Source: Mobula hypostoma
Lineage: Eukaryota
Assembly: GCF_963921235.1 (NCBI RefSeq)
Contig: NC_086097.1
Coordinates: forward strand, 113,338,001 to 113,402,000
Direction of reading: 5' to 3'
Length of the DNA stretch: 64,000 bases
A program made the position numbers and the translations under genes. Below the pieces are notes generated by a model that ran no database searches, was not told the origin of the DNA, and saw nothing but the letters and a program-made list of their open reading frames with translations. Below are positions 1 to 12,560 of the stretch, one piece after another. Numbering within the stretch: the stretch's first letter is position 1; each line of letters starts with the position of its first letter.

Positions 1-478
1 TGTGTTTTCCTGCGACTTCCCCTTCCTGGAACCCACAATCAATTATTTGGTCTTACTGATGTTAAGTGCAGGTAGCTGTAGTAACATCACTCAACAAGCT
101 GATTCCGTATATCTCTTCATTATCTGAAATTCTGCCAACCAAAGTTGTGTCATCGGCAAATGTATAGATGGTGTTTGAGCTGTGCCTGGCCACACAATAG
201 TGGGTGTAATGCATAGAGCAGCAGGCTAAGCACACATCCTTGAGTGTGCCAGTATTGATTGTCAGTGAAGAGTAGATCTTATTTCTGATCTGCACTGGTT
301 GTGGCCTTCCAATGAAGAAGTGAAGTTTCCAGTTGCACAGGAAGGTACAGAGGCTCAGGTGTTGGAGCTTGTTGATGAATACTGAGGGTATGATGGTGCT
401 CAATGCTGAGCTGTGATCAATGAACAACAGCCTGACATACTGTAAGCATTGCTATTGTCCACGTGATCCAAGTTCAAA
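1..478 (-). mobile_element. Degenerate Rex1/Babar-like LINE RT fragment
   Basis: FIDHSSALSTIIPS...FADDTTLVGRIS motifs; similar to copies at 37435 and 58105. Confidence 0.8.
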
Positions 479-480
479 TG

Positions 481-989
481 GTATCTAATAAAGTGGCCAC
501 TGAGTGTATGTTCATGGTCTTCTGCTGCTGCAGCTCCATCCACTTCAAGGTTCAACAGGTTGTGCATCCAGAGATGTTCTCCTGCACAGCACTGTTGTAA
601 GCATGGCTATTTGAGTTGCTATTGCTTTTCTGTCAGCTTGAACCAGTCTGGCCATTCTCCTCTGACCTCTCTCATTAGCATTTTTACCAACAAAACTACC
701 GCTCATGGGATGCTTTTTGTTTCTTGCACCATTCTCTGTAAACTCTAGAGACAGTTGTGCATGAAATCTCAGCTTCTGAGATAGTCAAACCACTCTAGTG
801 GAAGATCTGGTCAAATCTGGCACCAACTGTCATTCCAGAGCATGATGTTTGGTCAGAGCAACAACTGACCCTCCTGAACATGTCTGCACGCTTTTAAGCA
901 TTGAGTTGTTACCACATGATTGACTGATTTGATATTTGTATTAACAAGTAGGTATACAGGTGTACCTAATAAAGTGTCGATTGAGTGTA
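481..989. mobile_element. Tc1-like non-autonomous remnant
   Basis: Two copies of ctaataaagtg(gccac/tcgat)tgagtgta (485-508, 966-989), resembling IR/DR Tc1 terminal motifs ending in TA. Confidence 0.55.
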
Positions 990-2029
990 GGTTGTTAGCA
1001 AGTAATTGCTGCTGAACAATTTTTCCAGTCATCAGCGAAGTCTGGAGAGCAAAGCCAAAGGTCCAATTTCAGAGATACAGTAGAAGCCTGAAAGTTGCAG
1101 ACTGAATATAGAGGTTCGAAGCAGCGACAAGTGCCCCAGTCACCGGGATCAGAATGAAGACCAGAAAGTCAAACCCATGATTGGCAAATCCTGTGGCAAA
1201 GTTGGAAGTTAGAGGCCTGGAGGTGGCCTGTCAAGGAGATGGAGGCCAGTCTGTGTTTATCTATCTGAGGGGTGGGTGGGTGGGAGAAAGGAAGTGTAGG
1301 AAAGGGCTTTATGGATGACAGGAGAAATTGTTTTCTGCTTACTTGTTGATGTTGTTGTTGCTTGGCTGTTTTGCTGAACATTCTCGGCATGCTATCTTTG
1401 CACCGGAACGTGTGGCGACATTTGTGACCCGTCCCCAGCACATCCTTGGGTATGTTTGTTATTAATGCAAATGACACACTTCATTGTATGTGTCAATGTA
1501 CACGATAAATAAACGTGAATCCGAATCTGCAGGGCACTGTGGCGCGAGGAGTCAGGTTCCATAATCTGCGCCTCACTATTGCTCGTTGACCACTCAGCCA
1601 CGGGGTGACCTTGATGTACGGCAGCTCTTGCACAATTTGATCTATTTGTACCTCATTTTAAACAGGTTATACCCCAGTATGGTCTGATGGATTTACACCT
1701 GGAGATTAATTGCGATTATGAGGATAATGAAATATTCAAGGGCTGTGATGAATTTTTCTGTCATTTTGAAAGATGATTAGTAGATTTAAAGACTTTAGAA
1801 CCAAGACTTTAAAGACATTAAAGGCTTTAGACAGGAATTCTAATTGTTTCCATCTAACACAAAACAAATCACTATTATAAATCTTCATTATTAAACAGTT
1901 GATGAATATGTCAATCAAAATGGAGATACCTACCATTACTGATTCAAAGGTAATGCAGTTGAGCTTTTGCAGTTAAGGAAGAGCTTTAATTAAAAATTAA
2001 ATTATTTAGTTACATTACGTACTTTTTTG

Positions 2030-2560
2030 CTATAGATTACAAGTGCTGGAGATTGTAGAGGCATTAGAAGACCATGGTAATACAGGCAAGCTACCAGCAT
2101 GGATAGATGATTAGCTGACAGGCAGAAGGCAAAGAGTAGGGCTAAGGTGGCCTTTTCAGGTTGAATACTGGTGTCTAGTAGCGTTCTGTAGGTATTGGTT
2201 TAGGGTCTGCCACTTTTCATATCCTGTGTTAGTGATCTGGATGATGGAACCAATGGCTTTGCAGCCAGGTTTGTGGATGACACAAACATAGGTCGAGGGG
2301 CAGGTAGTGTTGATGAAGCAGGGGTTCTACAGAAGAACTTGGGAGAATGGGCAAAGAATTGGCAGGTGGAAGGCAGTGCAGAGATATGTATCGTCATGCA
2401 CCTTGATCAAAAAAGAACAAAGAGAGAATTCAGAAATTGGAGGTGCAAAGGGATTTGAGAGAACTAGTGTGGGATTCATTAAAGGTTAACTTGTAAGATG
2501 AGTTGGTAGTAAGGAAGACAAAAGCAAAAAAGTTGGCGCAGACTCATTGCTCTTATGCTT
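2030..2560 (+). mobile_element. Old degenerate CR1 RT fragments
   Basis: Remnants of WLTGRRQRVG, FVDDTNIG and LGEWAKNWQ motifs. Confidence 0.65.
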
Positions 2561-2749
2561 TATGGTGTTAAAATCATTTTCAAAAGTATTGCTTTGTAAC
2601 ATATTCACTCAACTGAAGGAAGTCATTGAATCTGTAGCAATACGAGTTAACATTAACATAGAGTTAAATAATTTCAAACTGCCTTGTCATCAAGCCTCTG
2701 AATATCTGTAGCAGGACTGGTTAACACACACCAGTCCTCATAGACGGAT

Positions 2750-3077
2750 CCAAAGTGGAAAGTGTGAGCAATTTCAAGTTCCTGGGTATTTATATTTCTG
2801 AGGATCTATCCAAGGACCAACATATAAATGCAGCTACAAAGAAGGCAGGACAGCACTATACTTCATAAGGAGTTTGAGGAGATTTAGTATGTCATCAAAA
2901 ACACTCGCAAATTTCTGTAGATGTACCGTGGAGAGCATTCTAACTGGCTGCATCACCGTCTGGTATGGGTGAGGGAGGAGGTGCTTCTGCACAGGATCGA
3001 AATAAGCTGCAGAGTTGAAAACTTAGTCAACTCCACAATGGGCACTAGCCTCCACAGTTTCCAGGACATCTTCAAAG
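2750..3077 (+). mobile_element. Rex1/Babar-like 3' ORF fragment
   Basis: Similar to 37805-38140 (FKFLG...CTVESILTGCITVWYG). Confidence 0.7.
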
Positions 3078-3219
3078 ACTTTGTACCTGGAGCTTCTGTA
3101 ACTTTTTTGGTTGCCAGATTTGAATGCCTCTGATCTGGCCCTCTGCAGATTTCAGATCTCATGGTTCATCCAGGCTTCTGGTTGGGGAAGACCCCGAATG
3201 ATTTTGCAGGGACACACTT

Positions 3220-3952
3220 GTGGCCGATTAGGAAAAGGGAAGGTGCAACGAGACCTGGGTGTCATTATACACCAGTCATTGAAAGTGGGCATGCAGGTAC
3301 AGCAGAAGGTGAAAAAGGCGAATGGTATGCTGGCATTTATAGCAAGAGGATTCGAGTACAGGAGCAGGGAAGTACTACTGCAGTTGTACAAGGCCTTGGT
3401 GAGACCACACCTGGAGTATTGTGTGTAGTTTTGGTCCCCTAATCTGAGGAAAGACGTCCTTGCCTTAGAGGGAGTACAAAGAAGGTTCACCAGATTGATT
3501 CCTGGGATGGCAGGACTTTGATATGATGAAAGACTGGATCAACTAGGCTTATACTCGTTGAAATTTAGAAGATTGAGGGGGGATCTGATTGAAACGTATA
3601 AAATCCTAAAGGGATTGGACAAGCTAGATGCAGGAAGATTGTTCCCGATGTTGGGGAAGTCCAGAACGAGGGGTCACAGTTTGAGGATAAAGGGGAAGCT
3701 TTTTAGGACCGAGATTAGGAAAAACTTCTTCACACAGAGAGTGGTGAATCTGTGGAATTCTCTGCCACAGGAAACAGTTGAGGCCAGTTCATTGGCTATA
3801 TTTAAGAGGGAGTTAGATATGGCCCTTGTGGCTAAAGGGATCAGGGGTATGGAGGGAAGGCTGGTGCAGGGTTCAGAGTTGGATGATCAGCCATGATCAT
3901 ACTGAATGGCGGTGCAGGCTCGAAGGGCCTGCACCTATTTTCTATGTTTCTA
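3220..3952 (+). mobile_element. 5'-truncated CR1 LINE (young family)
   Basis: Matches the 3' end of the CR1 at 7390-10188; in-frame stops; ends in (ttctatgt)n tail. Confidence 0.92.
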
Positions 3953-4506
3953 CAACTGTTAGGTTTATATACTTTCTTTAACATTATACTTGATTAACTT
4001 GGAAGGACAATAGAAGGGAAGCATCCAAAAGATTAACAGTGAAGGTCTGCCTAGGATTCATTTACTTGTCTTTGCTGAGTGAACAAGTGTAGAAATTATG
4101 CAAGGCTAGTAGCAACAGCTTTTTTTTAAAATTAAAGGTGACATAATCAACAATCTCATTAATAGATCCTTTATTTTTGCTAATGACTGCAATCAATGAT
4201 GATCATATGGCAATTCTAAATAACAGCTGGATGATCAATTTATTAAAATACAATGAGAATAAGAAACAGATACTTAAATGTGTTTATTCATCTCTACTCT
4301 TGACTCATGAAAATAAATCACGTCTCATCCAGACTGCAGAAACATGTTTTTATGATTTCATTTTAGAATACCAACATTATCTTAAAAAAAAAACTTGACA
4401 CCCTAGTTCCATATTTTCATCACTGAAGCCTAGGATTAGTACTAAATGAGTTTACTGCTCATGACAGCTGTAAATGTTTATCTGACATTAGATTGGTAAT
4501 GTAATT

Positions 4507-4512
4507 TTTATT
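4507..4512 (-). promoter_or_regulatory. Candidate polyadenylation signal of DCAF13 (alternatives at 4283-4288 and 4170-4175)
   Basis: AATAAA on the minus strand about 100 nt after the stop codon; usage not testable from sequence. Confidence 0.4.
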
Positions 4513-4615
4513 TCATGCAATTACTTCCAGATAAGTTAGTATCCATTAAAACAATACAAAATGTCAATTCTGAAATATTGTCCAATAATTATTATACAAT
4601 GCAGTAACACAACAG

Positions 4616-4703
4616 CTATTTCACCACAGCCACAATATGCTTCTTCCTCTCAGCAACAAGTGGTACAGATCCTGGTTTGCTGTGCTTGCGAAGGTTCAGT
4701 TGT
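4616..4703 (-). CDS. dcaf13: DCAF13 last coding exon 11 (88 nt including TAG)
   Basis: QLNLRKHSKPGSVPLVAERKKHIVAVVK*; ttttctttcAG acceptor. Confidence 0.95.
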
Positions 4704-5954
4704 CTGAAAGAAAAATTAATTTAGAATGAGATATTTTTACTTGGTAAGCGATTGCTCAAACACAGACTTGTGTTTTTCTCTACTACTATTTTCTTTCCCC
4801 AAACATTCCACACATAAGCCTTACCACGCATTTTTGGTGCGAAGTAGCCAACCTGTCTATTCAACTTACTTTATCAGTTTCTATATTAGGTTCTCCTATA
4901 ATAATTCAGAGTAAACAGCATAAATTCAACATTAGATTTCCTTTGGGTTTATAAAACTAACTGATTAATATCAAACCAGCTGTCACACAGGGGAAAAGAA
5001 GCATCACTGCTTGATAACTTTCATTTCCCTGTAATTAGTTTTTCCATATGCACATCATAAACAATCATACATATTATGTATATTAATACATAATTCATAT
5101 GTGAATAAATATTTGAATTATGTAGTGATACAGACGTAAGTTTGGACTTTGGCAGTTTAAAAGATTAACTTAAAAAACATCATTTTTCTGCATCCCTTTT
5201 GCATTTTAAATTGGAAATGGTCATGTCGACATTAACTAATAGCGTGAATATAATTCAAACGACCTAATGAAATAAAAGCTAGGATGAAATCTACAAAACT
5301 GAACAGCAAGACAGGTATGAAGTTTTTTACTTTAATCAGAACCAATAATCAAATAAAGTTAGCAAATTAAGGAAATGTAACCAAGACAGTTATAAGGATA
5401 CTGTACTTCATAATATAATGCCGCTCGGTGTTATGCATGAGGCAGCAAACACAACCTTCTATTCAGAATTGTTATTACTTTATGATTATAAAGCCACTCC
5501 CTGTACTCAAAAAGGATACAATTTTGTGGAAGACCAAGCCAGACTTATTACAAAATATTTATTATTATGAGCTTTATTAGTAATTTATAGCTTTTATCAT
5601 TACCAAAACTGTAATTCTTAATTAATTCAATATAATCCCTCTCCGGTTGAAGAATAAAATGAGTATCATCAACTTTGGCCAGTCCCAGTGCTGCACAGCT
5701 GCAATTTTAAATCTCGAGCTCAAGGCATGTTTGTTATAAAATAAAATGCTAAGCTGTACCTGATTATAATAAATATGCTCAAATCAATCAATTTATATCT
5801 GAGCTGACCAACAGTAGAACACTGAACTGAGGCCAGAGTTCAGGTTTATCATGAAGCATTTAGAAGCAGAGATACAAAATTGCTGTTCTGTTCTTCACTT
5901 ACATATGTCTAAATAGACTGTAGCATAATCCAGGATTAGTACCTTGGAACTAGA

Positions 5955-6422
5955 CATATCATCCATGGCCTCGTCTTTTGTCATGATGAAGCCACACTCA
6001 GACTGAAGGAGTAATGCTTCATATTCCATCTAAGCAGCCTCCAGCCTGATGACCTGAATATTGATTTCTCCTTCCAGTAATTTTTCCCCTCTCCTCTTCT
6101 TCTATTCCACAACTCTAGCCTCTTCTCCTCACCTGCCTATCACCTCCCTCTGCTGTACCTCCTTCCAGGGTCCACTCTCCTCTTTGATCCATTTGTTTTT
6201 CTCCAGTCACCTTTCCCACCCACCTGGCTGGTCCTGCTACCCCTCATCCCACCTTTTTTATTCTGGCATCTTTCCCCTTCCTTTCCAATCCTGAAGAAGG
6301 GCCTCATCCCAAAAATTTCCATTGTTCATTCATTTCCATAGGTGATGCCTGACTTGCTGAGTTCCTCCAGCACTGTGTGTGTGGCTGCTTTGGATTTCCA
6401 GCATCTGCAGAATCTCTTGTGC
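5955..6422 (+). mobile_element. Penelope-like element 3' remnant with pLTR
   Basis: GIY-YIG C-terminal remnant, pyrimidine-rich UTR, degenerate hammerhead motif near 6291 and gatttccagcatctgcag end. Confidence 0.75.
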
Positions 6423-6585
6423 TTATTAGTCACAAGACGTAGTTTGCCTCATCACTTCCTTTCAAGCATTGGAACAGAATTGTGATTATAAGCTTAACCT
6501 AACCTTCTACCCTTTTGCAGTGAAGTGCTTCAGAAAAAAAAGACTATGACTTGACTGAAAAACAAATCCATAACCAATCAGTCTA

Positions 6586-6650
6586 ATAGAAACATAGAAA
6601 ATAGGTGCAGGAGTAGGCCATTCGGCCCTTCGAGCCTGCACCGCCATTTA
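6586..6650 (-). mobile_element. 65-bp CR1 3'-terminal micro-insertion
   Basis: Identical to the 3' stem-loop and tail of the CR1 starting at 7390. Confidence 0.9.
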
Positions 6651-6747
6651 AATTGAGAAGCAGCTTTATATATCAAACCATGATGTTATAAAGGGAACCA
6701 ATGCGATGAGGAAGATGTAGTTCCATAGGATATACTTTGAAACATAC

Positions 6748-6911
6748 TTTTTACGCTTTGCTTCCTTCATAATGCGGAGTTCCTTAGCCTGGTTATAAAT
6801 CATTTTAGGCAAATGCCGGTGCCGAGCTATCCGTTTGATCTGAGGATGATGCTGGAATTTTTCTTTAAGCTTTTGGTTGTATTTCAAGGCAGCTTTCTCT
6901 CTTGGCATAAG
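6748..6911 (-). CDS. dcaf13: DCAF13 exon 10 (164 nt, Sof1 domain)
   Basis: LMPREKAALKYNQKLKEKFQHHPQIKRIARHRHLPKMIYNQAKELRIMKEAKRK(K); tttAG acceptor, GTatgt donor. Confidence 0.96.
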
Positions 6912-7389
6912 CTAAAGTAAACAAAAGATTTATTCAAAGTTTAGAAACAGATTTTCAAATTTCTTTTAAAGTATTTACAATTTTTTAGTATTCTGAGCAG
7001 CTAATATTTTTCAACATTATTCTTCCTTGCAATATAACTACTAATATTTATTAAAATATTAATTACTTAGGCAAGTTGAAAGTATACATTTTCATCAAAA
7101 TTGTGCATTTAATTATTCGTTCTTTTCATGTGAGGGGAATAAAAGTAAAAGCAAACCTCAAAAGAAAATTTGCATTCAAAACTAAACTACAAAAATAAAC
7201 TTAATTAACCACTCTTCTAATTGTAGGAATGTTTAACTAAAATCAAACATTAACTTTATGTAATTATAAAAGGCCATTGTCAAATAGAGTTAGCATTATC
7301 TCCAGGTCTTTCCAATGAACAACTTTGCAAAAGTCAATTAAAAGGGTGAAGTGTAGTGCCAGGCCAGTGCTTCAAAGAGACTGCACTTT

Positions 7390-10188
7390 ATAGAAACATA
7401 GAAAATAGGTGCAGGAGTAGGCCATTCGGCCCTTCGAGCCTGCACCGCCATTTATTATGATCATGGCTGATCATCCAACTCAGAACCCAGCCTTCCCTCC
7501 ATACCCCGTGACCCCTGTAGCCACAAGGGCCATATCTAACTTCCTTTTAAACATAGCTAATGAACTGGCCTCAACAGTTTGCTGTGGCAGAGAATTCCAC
7601 AGATTCACCACTCTCTGTGTGAAGAAGTTTTTCCTAACCTCGGTCCTAAAAGGCTTCCCCTCTATCCTCAAACTGTGACCCCTCGTTCTAGACCTCCCCA
7701 ACATCGGGAACAATCTTCCCGCATCTAGCCTGTCCAATCCCTTTAGGATCTTATACGTTTCAATCAGATCCCCCCTCAATCTTCTAAATTCCAACGAGTA
7801 CAAGCCCAGTTCATCCAGTCTTTCTTCATATGAAAGACCTGCCATCCCAGGAATCAATCTGGTGAACCTTCTTTGTACTCCCTCTATGGCAAGGATGTCT
7901 TTCCTCAGATTAGGGGACCAAAACTGCACACAATACTCCAGGTGTGGTCTCACCAAGGCCTTGTACAACTGCAGTAGTACCTCCCTGCTCCTGTACTCGA
8001 ATCCTCTCGCTATAAATGCCAGCATACCGTTCGCCTTTTTCACCGCCTGCTGTACCTGCATGCCCACTTTCAATGACTGGTGTATAATGACACCCAGGTC
8101 TCGTTGCACCTCCCCTTTTCCTAATCGGCCACCATTCAGATAATAATCTGTTTTCCTATTTTTGCCACCAAAGTGGATAACTTCACATTTATCCACATTA
8201 AATTGCATCTGCCATGAGTTTGCCCACTCACCCAACCTATCCAAGTCACCCTGCATCCTCTTAGCATCCTCCTCACTGCTAACACTGCCACCCAGCTTCG
8301 TGTCATCCGCAAACTTGGAGATGCTGCATTTAATTCCCTCATCCAAGTCATTAATATATATTGTAAACAACTGGGGTCCCAGCACTGAGCCTTGCGGTAC
8401 CCCACTAGTCACCGCCTGCCATTCTGAAAAGGTCCCGTTTATTCCCACTCTTTGCTTCCTGTCTGCTAACCAATTCTCCACCCACACCAATACCTTACCC
8501 CCAATACCATGTGCTTTAAGTTTGCACACTAATCTCCTGTGTGGGACCTTGTCAAAAGCCTTTTGAAAATCCAAATATACCACATCCACTGGTTCTCCCC
8601 TATCCACTCTACTAGTTACATCCTCAAAAAATTCTATGAGATTCGTCAGACATGATTTTCCTTTCACAAATCCATGCTGACTTTGTCCGATCATTTCACC
8701 GCTTTCCAAATGTGCTGTTATCACATCCTTGATAACTGACTCCAGCAGTTTCCCCACCACCGACGTTAGGCTAACCGGCCTATAATTCCCCGGTTTCTCT
8801 CTCCCTCCTTTTTTAAAAAGTGGGGTTACATTAGCCACCCTCCAATCCTCAGGAACTAGTCCAGAATCTAACGAGTTTTGAAAAATTATCACTAATGCAT
8901 CCACTATTTCTTGGGCCACTTCCTTAAGCACTCTGGGATGCAGACCATCTGGCCCTGGGGATTTATCTGCCTTCAATCCCTTCAATTTACCTAACACCAC
9001 TTCCCTACTAACATGCATTTCGCTCAGTTCCTCCATCTCACTGGACCCTCTGTCCCTTACTATTTCTGGAAGATTATTTATGTCCTCCTTAGTGAAGACA
9101 GAACCAAAGTAATTATTCAATTGGTCTGCCATGTCCTTGCTCCCCATAATCAATTCACCTGTTTCTGTTTGCAGGGGACCTACATTTGTCTTTATCAGTC
9201 TTTTCCTTTTTACATATCTATAAAAGCTTTTACAGTCCGTTTTTATGTTCTCTGCCAGTTTTCTCTCATAATCTTTTTTCCCCTTCCTAATTAAGCCCTT
9301 TGTCCTCCTCTGCTGAACTCTGAATTTCTCCCAGTCCTCAGGTGAGCCACTTTCTCTGGCTAATTTGTATGCTACTTCTTTGGAATTGATACTATCCCTA
9401 ATTTCTCTTGTCAGCCACGGGTGCACTACCTTCCTTGATTTATTCTTTTGCCAAACTGGGATGAACAATTGTTGTAGTTCATCCATGCAACCTTTAAATG
9501 CCTGCCATTGCATATCCACCGTCAATCCTTGAAGTGTCATTTGCCAGTCTATCTTAGCTAATTCATGTCTCATACCTTCAAAGTTACCCCTCTTTAAGTT
9601 CAGAACCTTTGTTTCTGAATTAACTACGTCACTCTCCATGTTAATGAAGAATTCCACCATATTATGGTCACTCTTACCCAAGGGGCCTCTCACGACAAGA
9701 TCGCTAATTAACCCTTCCTCATTGCTCAAAACCCAGTCCAGAATAGCCTGCTCTCTAGTCGGTTCCTCGACATGTTGGTTCAAAAAACCATCCCGCATAC
9801 ATTCCAAGAAATCCTCTTCCTCAGCACCTTTACCAATTTGGTTCACCCAGTCTACATGTAGATTGAAGTCACCCATTATAACTGCTGTTCCTTTATTGCA
9901 CACATTTCTAATTTCCTGTTTAATACCATCTCCGACCTCACTACTACTGTTAGGTGGCCTGTACACAACTCCCACCAGCGTCTTCTGCCCCTTAGTGTTA
10001 CGCAGCTCTACCCATATCGATTCCACATCTTCCCGGCTTATGTCCTTCCTTTCTATTGCGTTAATCTCTTTTTTAACCAGCAACGCCACCCCACCTCCCC
10101 TTCCTTCGTGTCTATCCCTCCTGAATATTGAATATCCCTGAACGTCGAGCTCCCATCCCTGGTCACCCTGGAGCCATGTCTCTGTGAT
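7390..10188 (-). mobile_element. CR1 LINE, 5'-truncated in the APE domain, ORF2 open (7480-10188)
   Basis: APE (ITETWL, GDFN, SDHN), RT (GVPQGSVLGP, FADD), 3' stem-loop and (TTCTATGT)n tail. Confidence 0.97.
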
Positions 10189-10657
10189 AAAACAAAGTAA
10201 GTAATCCATTTTAAAAACCTGCCTTAGTTAAACAAAGGAAAACAACTTAATTTTTCATGTTTTAATGAAAGAAAATCATTTAAAAGGAATTCTTTGGGTT
10301 TTCTATCATGTGTGGGAAATTTTAAGTACTGATAAAAATTTTAAGTGGTAGTGATAAACAGATGTGCAGTGGATTCTGGTTAATTGGTCCATCGGTTAAT
10401 TAAGGCAGCCATTTATTTGGGACACTATGCTGCTTAATTGGGGCAGAAGACTGGTGCTAAACAGTTTTTGAACTAGCATCAGTTGCATGCACATGTGTGG
10501 CTGTTAAACTGTGCTTAGCATGACCAATTTTTAACTAGTGCCAGTTTTTTGCATTTGTGTTTCAAAAGCCATGATTTTTGTGACTGACAGTTGGTGAGAA
10601 ATAAACAGTAGGAGAATTCAGAATTGTTCTGCTCACTGCGGTTTCTAGCATTCAGGC

Positions 10658-11290
10658 AACACACATAAAAGTTGCTGGTGAACGCAGCAGGCCAGGCAGC
10701 ATCTCTAGGAAGAGGTGCAGTCGACGTTTCAGGCCGAGACCCTTCGTCAGGACTAACTGAAGGAAGAGTGAGTAAGGGATTTGAAAGTTGGAGGGGGAGA
10801 TCCAAAATGATAGGAGAAGACAGGAGGGGGAGGGATGGAGCCAAGAGCTGGACAGGTGATAGGCAAAAGGGATACGAGAGGATCATGGGACAGGAGGTCC
10901 GGGAAGAAAGACAAGGGGGCCCAGAGGATGGGCAAGGGGTATATTCAGAGGGACAGAGGGAGAAAAAGGAGAGTGAGAGAAAGAATGTGTGTATAAAAAT
11001 AAGTAACAGATGGGGTACGAGGGGGAGGTGGGGCATTAGCGGAAGTTAGAGAAGTGGATGTTCACGCCATCAGGTTGGAGGCTACCCAGACGGAATATAA
11101 GGTGTTGTTCCTCCAACCTGAGTGTGGCTTCATCTTTACAGTAGAGGAGGCCGTGGATAGACATGTCAGAATGGGAATGGGATGTGGAATTAAAATGTGT
11201 GGCCACTGGGAGATCCTGCTTTCTCTGGAGGACAGAGCGTAGGTGTTCAGCAAAGCGGTCTCCCAGTCTGCGTCGGATCTCGCCAATATA
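10658..11290 (-). mobile_element. 5'-truncated Penelope-like element (GIY-YIG C-terminus + pLTR)
   Basis: YIGE..RRLGDRFAEH...HF...RLEEQHLIFRLGSLQPDGVN; 9-bp flanking duplication cattcaggc at 10649-10657 and 11291-11299. Confidence 0.9.
10719..10754 (-). ncRNA. Minimal type I hammerhead ribozyme motif (Penelope pLTR)
   Basis: Minus strand agtc-CTGACGA-agg gtctcgg cct-GAAA-cGTC-gact: complete core, stem I agtc/gact, palindromic ACGT stem III. Confidence 0.8.
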
Positions 11291-11984
11291 CATTCAGGCT
11301 TGGAGATGCCAGAAACAGCTGGCAGTGAAAAAGAAATTAATCATTGTGAATGTTAAAATTAAAATTATTTGGAGGATGCCATTGTCTAAAACACTGGATC
11401 AAGGCAGTCCATTATCTGTACTAAATGCATGCACTGGTTTTGTATGTTTACAGCCAATCATTGGCACATGAATTCCTCTGTCGATAACCATTAGGAACTA
11501 ACACACAATTTTATAGTACTGTAGAGATATTGGTAGTGTTCTAAATTGTTATTTTATTTAAATAAATAAATTGTCACTCAGTTAAACAGCAGTTCGTCTT
11601 ATTTATACCTTTTAACTATTTCCATGAAACTTCAGCCTATTGGGATAGCCGCTTAATTGGGCCAAAATATACTGGTCCTGATGTGTCTCAATGAACCCCA
11701 ATTCACAGTATTTACAACCAGTTGAAATTGTAGCAAGCAATTCATTAACTGGAGGCTCTGTCAATAACCTTAATAAAAGGCTAAGATCCGGGCTAAGGTG
11801 CAGAATTGAAAAGACCAAAAAGAAACGTGTAGTACAGAAGTTTCAAATGCTTTCAAGGAAGACAAAGGAAGAATTTGTGAATGACCATGTAAATTCTCAG
11901 ATGAATAAAGCTAATGAAGTCTTGGTAAGCAAAACTTCTGCCCTAACTGCAGTTGGATTTTGCATTGCACTAATTGGTTCCTTA

Positions 11985-12560
11985 AGGTTGTTATAGCTGG
12001 GGATGGTAATGGTAACAAGCTCTCACTACCTAGTAAATGTTCCCAATGGCATGCGCCTCAAACAGCCTCCGACAACCAACCCTCCAGCTCCTGGCCTTCA
12101 TGTGTGGCTTAGCTACTAAGCCCAGTAGAACCGTCTCTACTGACAGAAGGGGCAAAGGTGGGTTACTAGCACCTTAAAAGAAGTCGCTTTGGGCAAATGA
12201 GGCTCGTCAGCTGTGGCTGGCGGCTCATCCAGAAGGAGGAAAACTCTGATCTCAAACATCCACTGCCTTGTGGTTATACCCACTCATGGAGAAGACTTCA
12301 GGAATAAACTTAGAGGGAAAATTCTGGAGCTGGAGTCCCCAAGGCACTCCTACACTGAGTTCAATGTTGACTGGCAACTCCCGGGACGCTGGTACCAAAT
12401 TGTATCAGTCCCTGCCGTTCCTTTGGATTCATCAGATGCATGGAGAAGTGGAGCTTGCACCATGGGCAACAGCTTGCTCTCCATATTGTACTGCCCAGGC
12501 TTGCACATTTAGACAGCTAGAACACAACATTCATGGCCAACTCTGACCTATGGAGGCCTC
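11985..12560 (+). mobile_element. Non-autonomous retroposon, possibly RTE-derived
   Basis: Second copy at 20450-20945 (-); ggaggaaaactctga motif; RTE affinity is recalled, not verified. Confidence 0.55.

Larger units (their letters stand above)
10367..11708. mobile_element. Non-autonomous Tc1/mariner-pogo type DNA element split by a Penelope insertion
   Basis: Imperfect TIRs (cagtggattctggttaattgg ... tcaatgaaccccaattcacag) followed by TA; repeated cttaattggg motifs. Confidence 0.6.

Noticed and set aside
10189..10209. Apparent start MDYLLCF of the 909-aa ORF
   Set aside because: Flanking sequence beyond the CR1 truncation point, not the native ORF2 start.
10515..11049. 173-aa and 125-aa ORFs
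   Set aside because: Compositionally biased Penelope 3'UTR/pLTR with no domain evidence.
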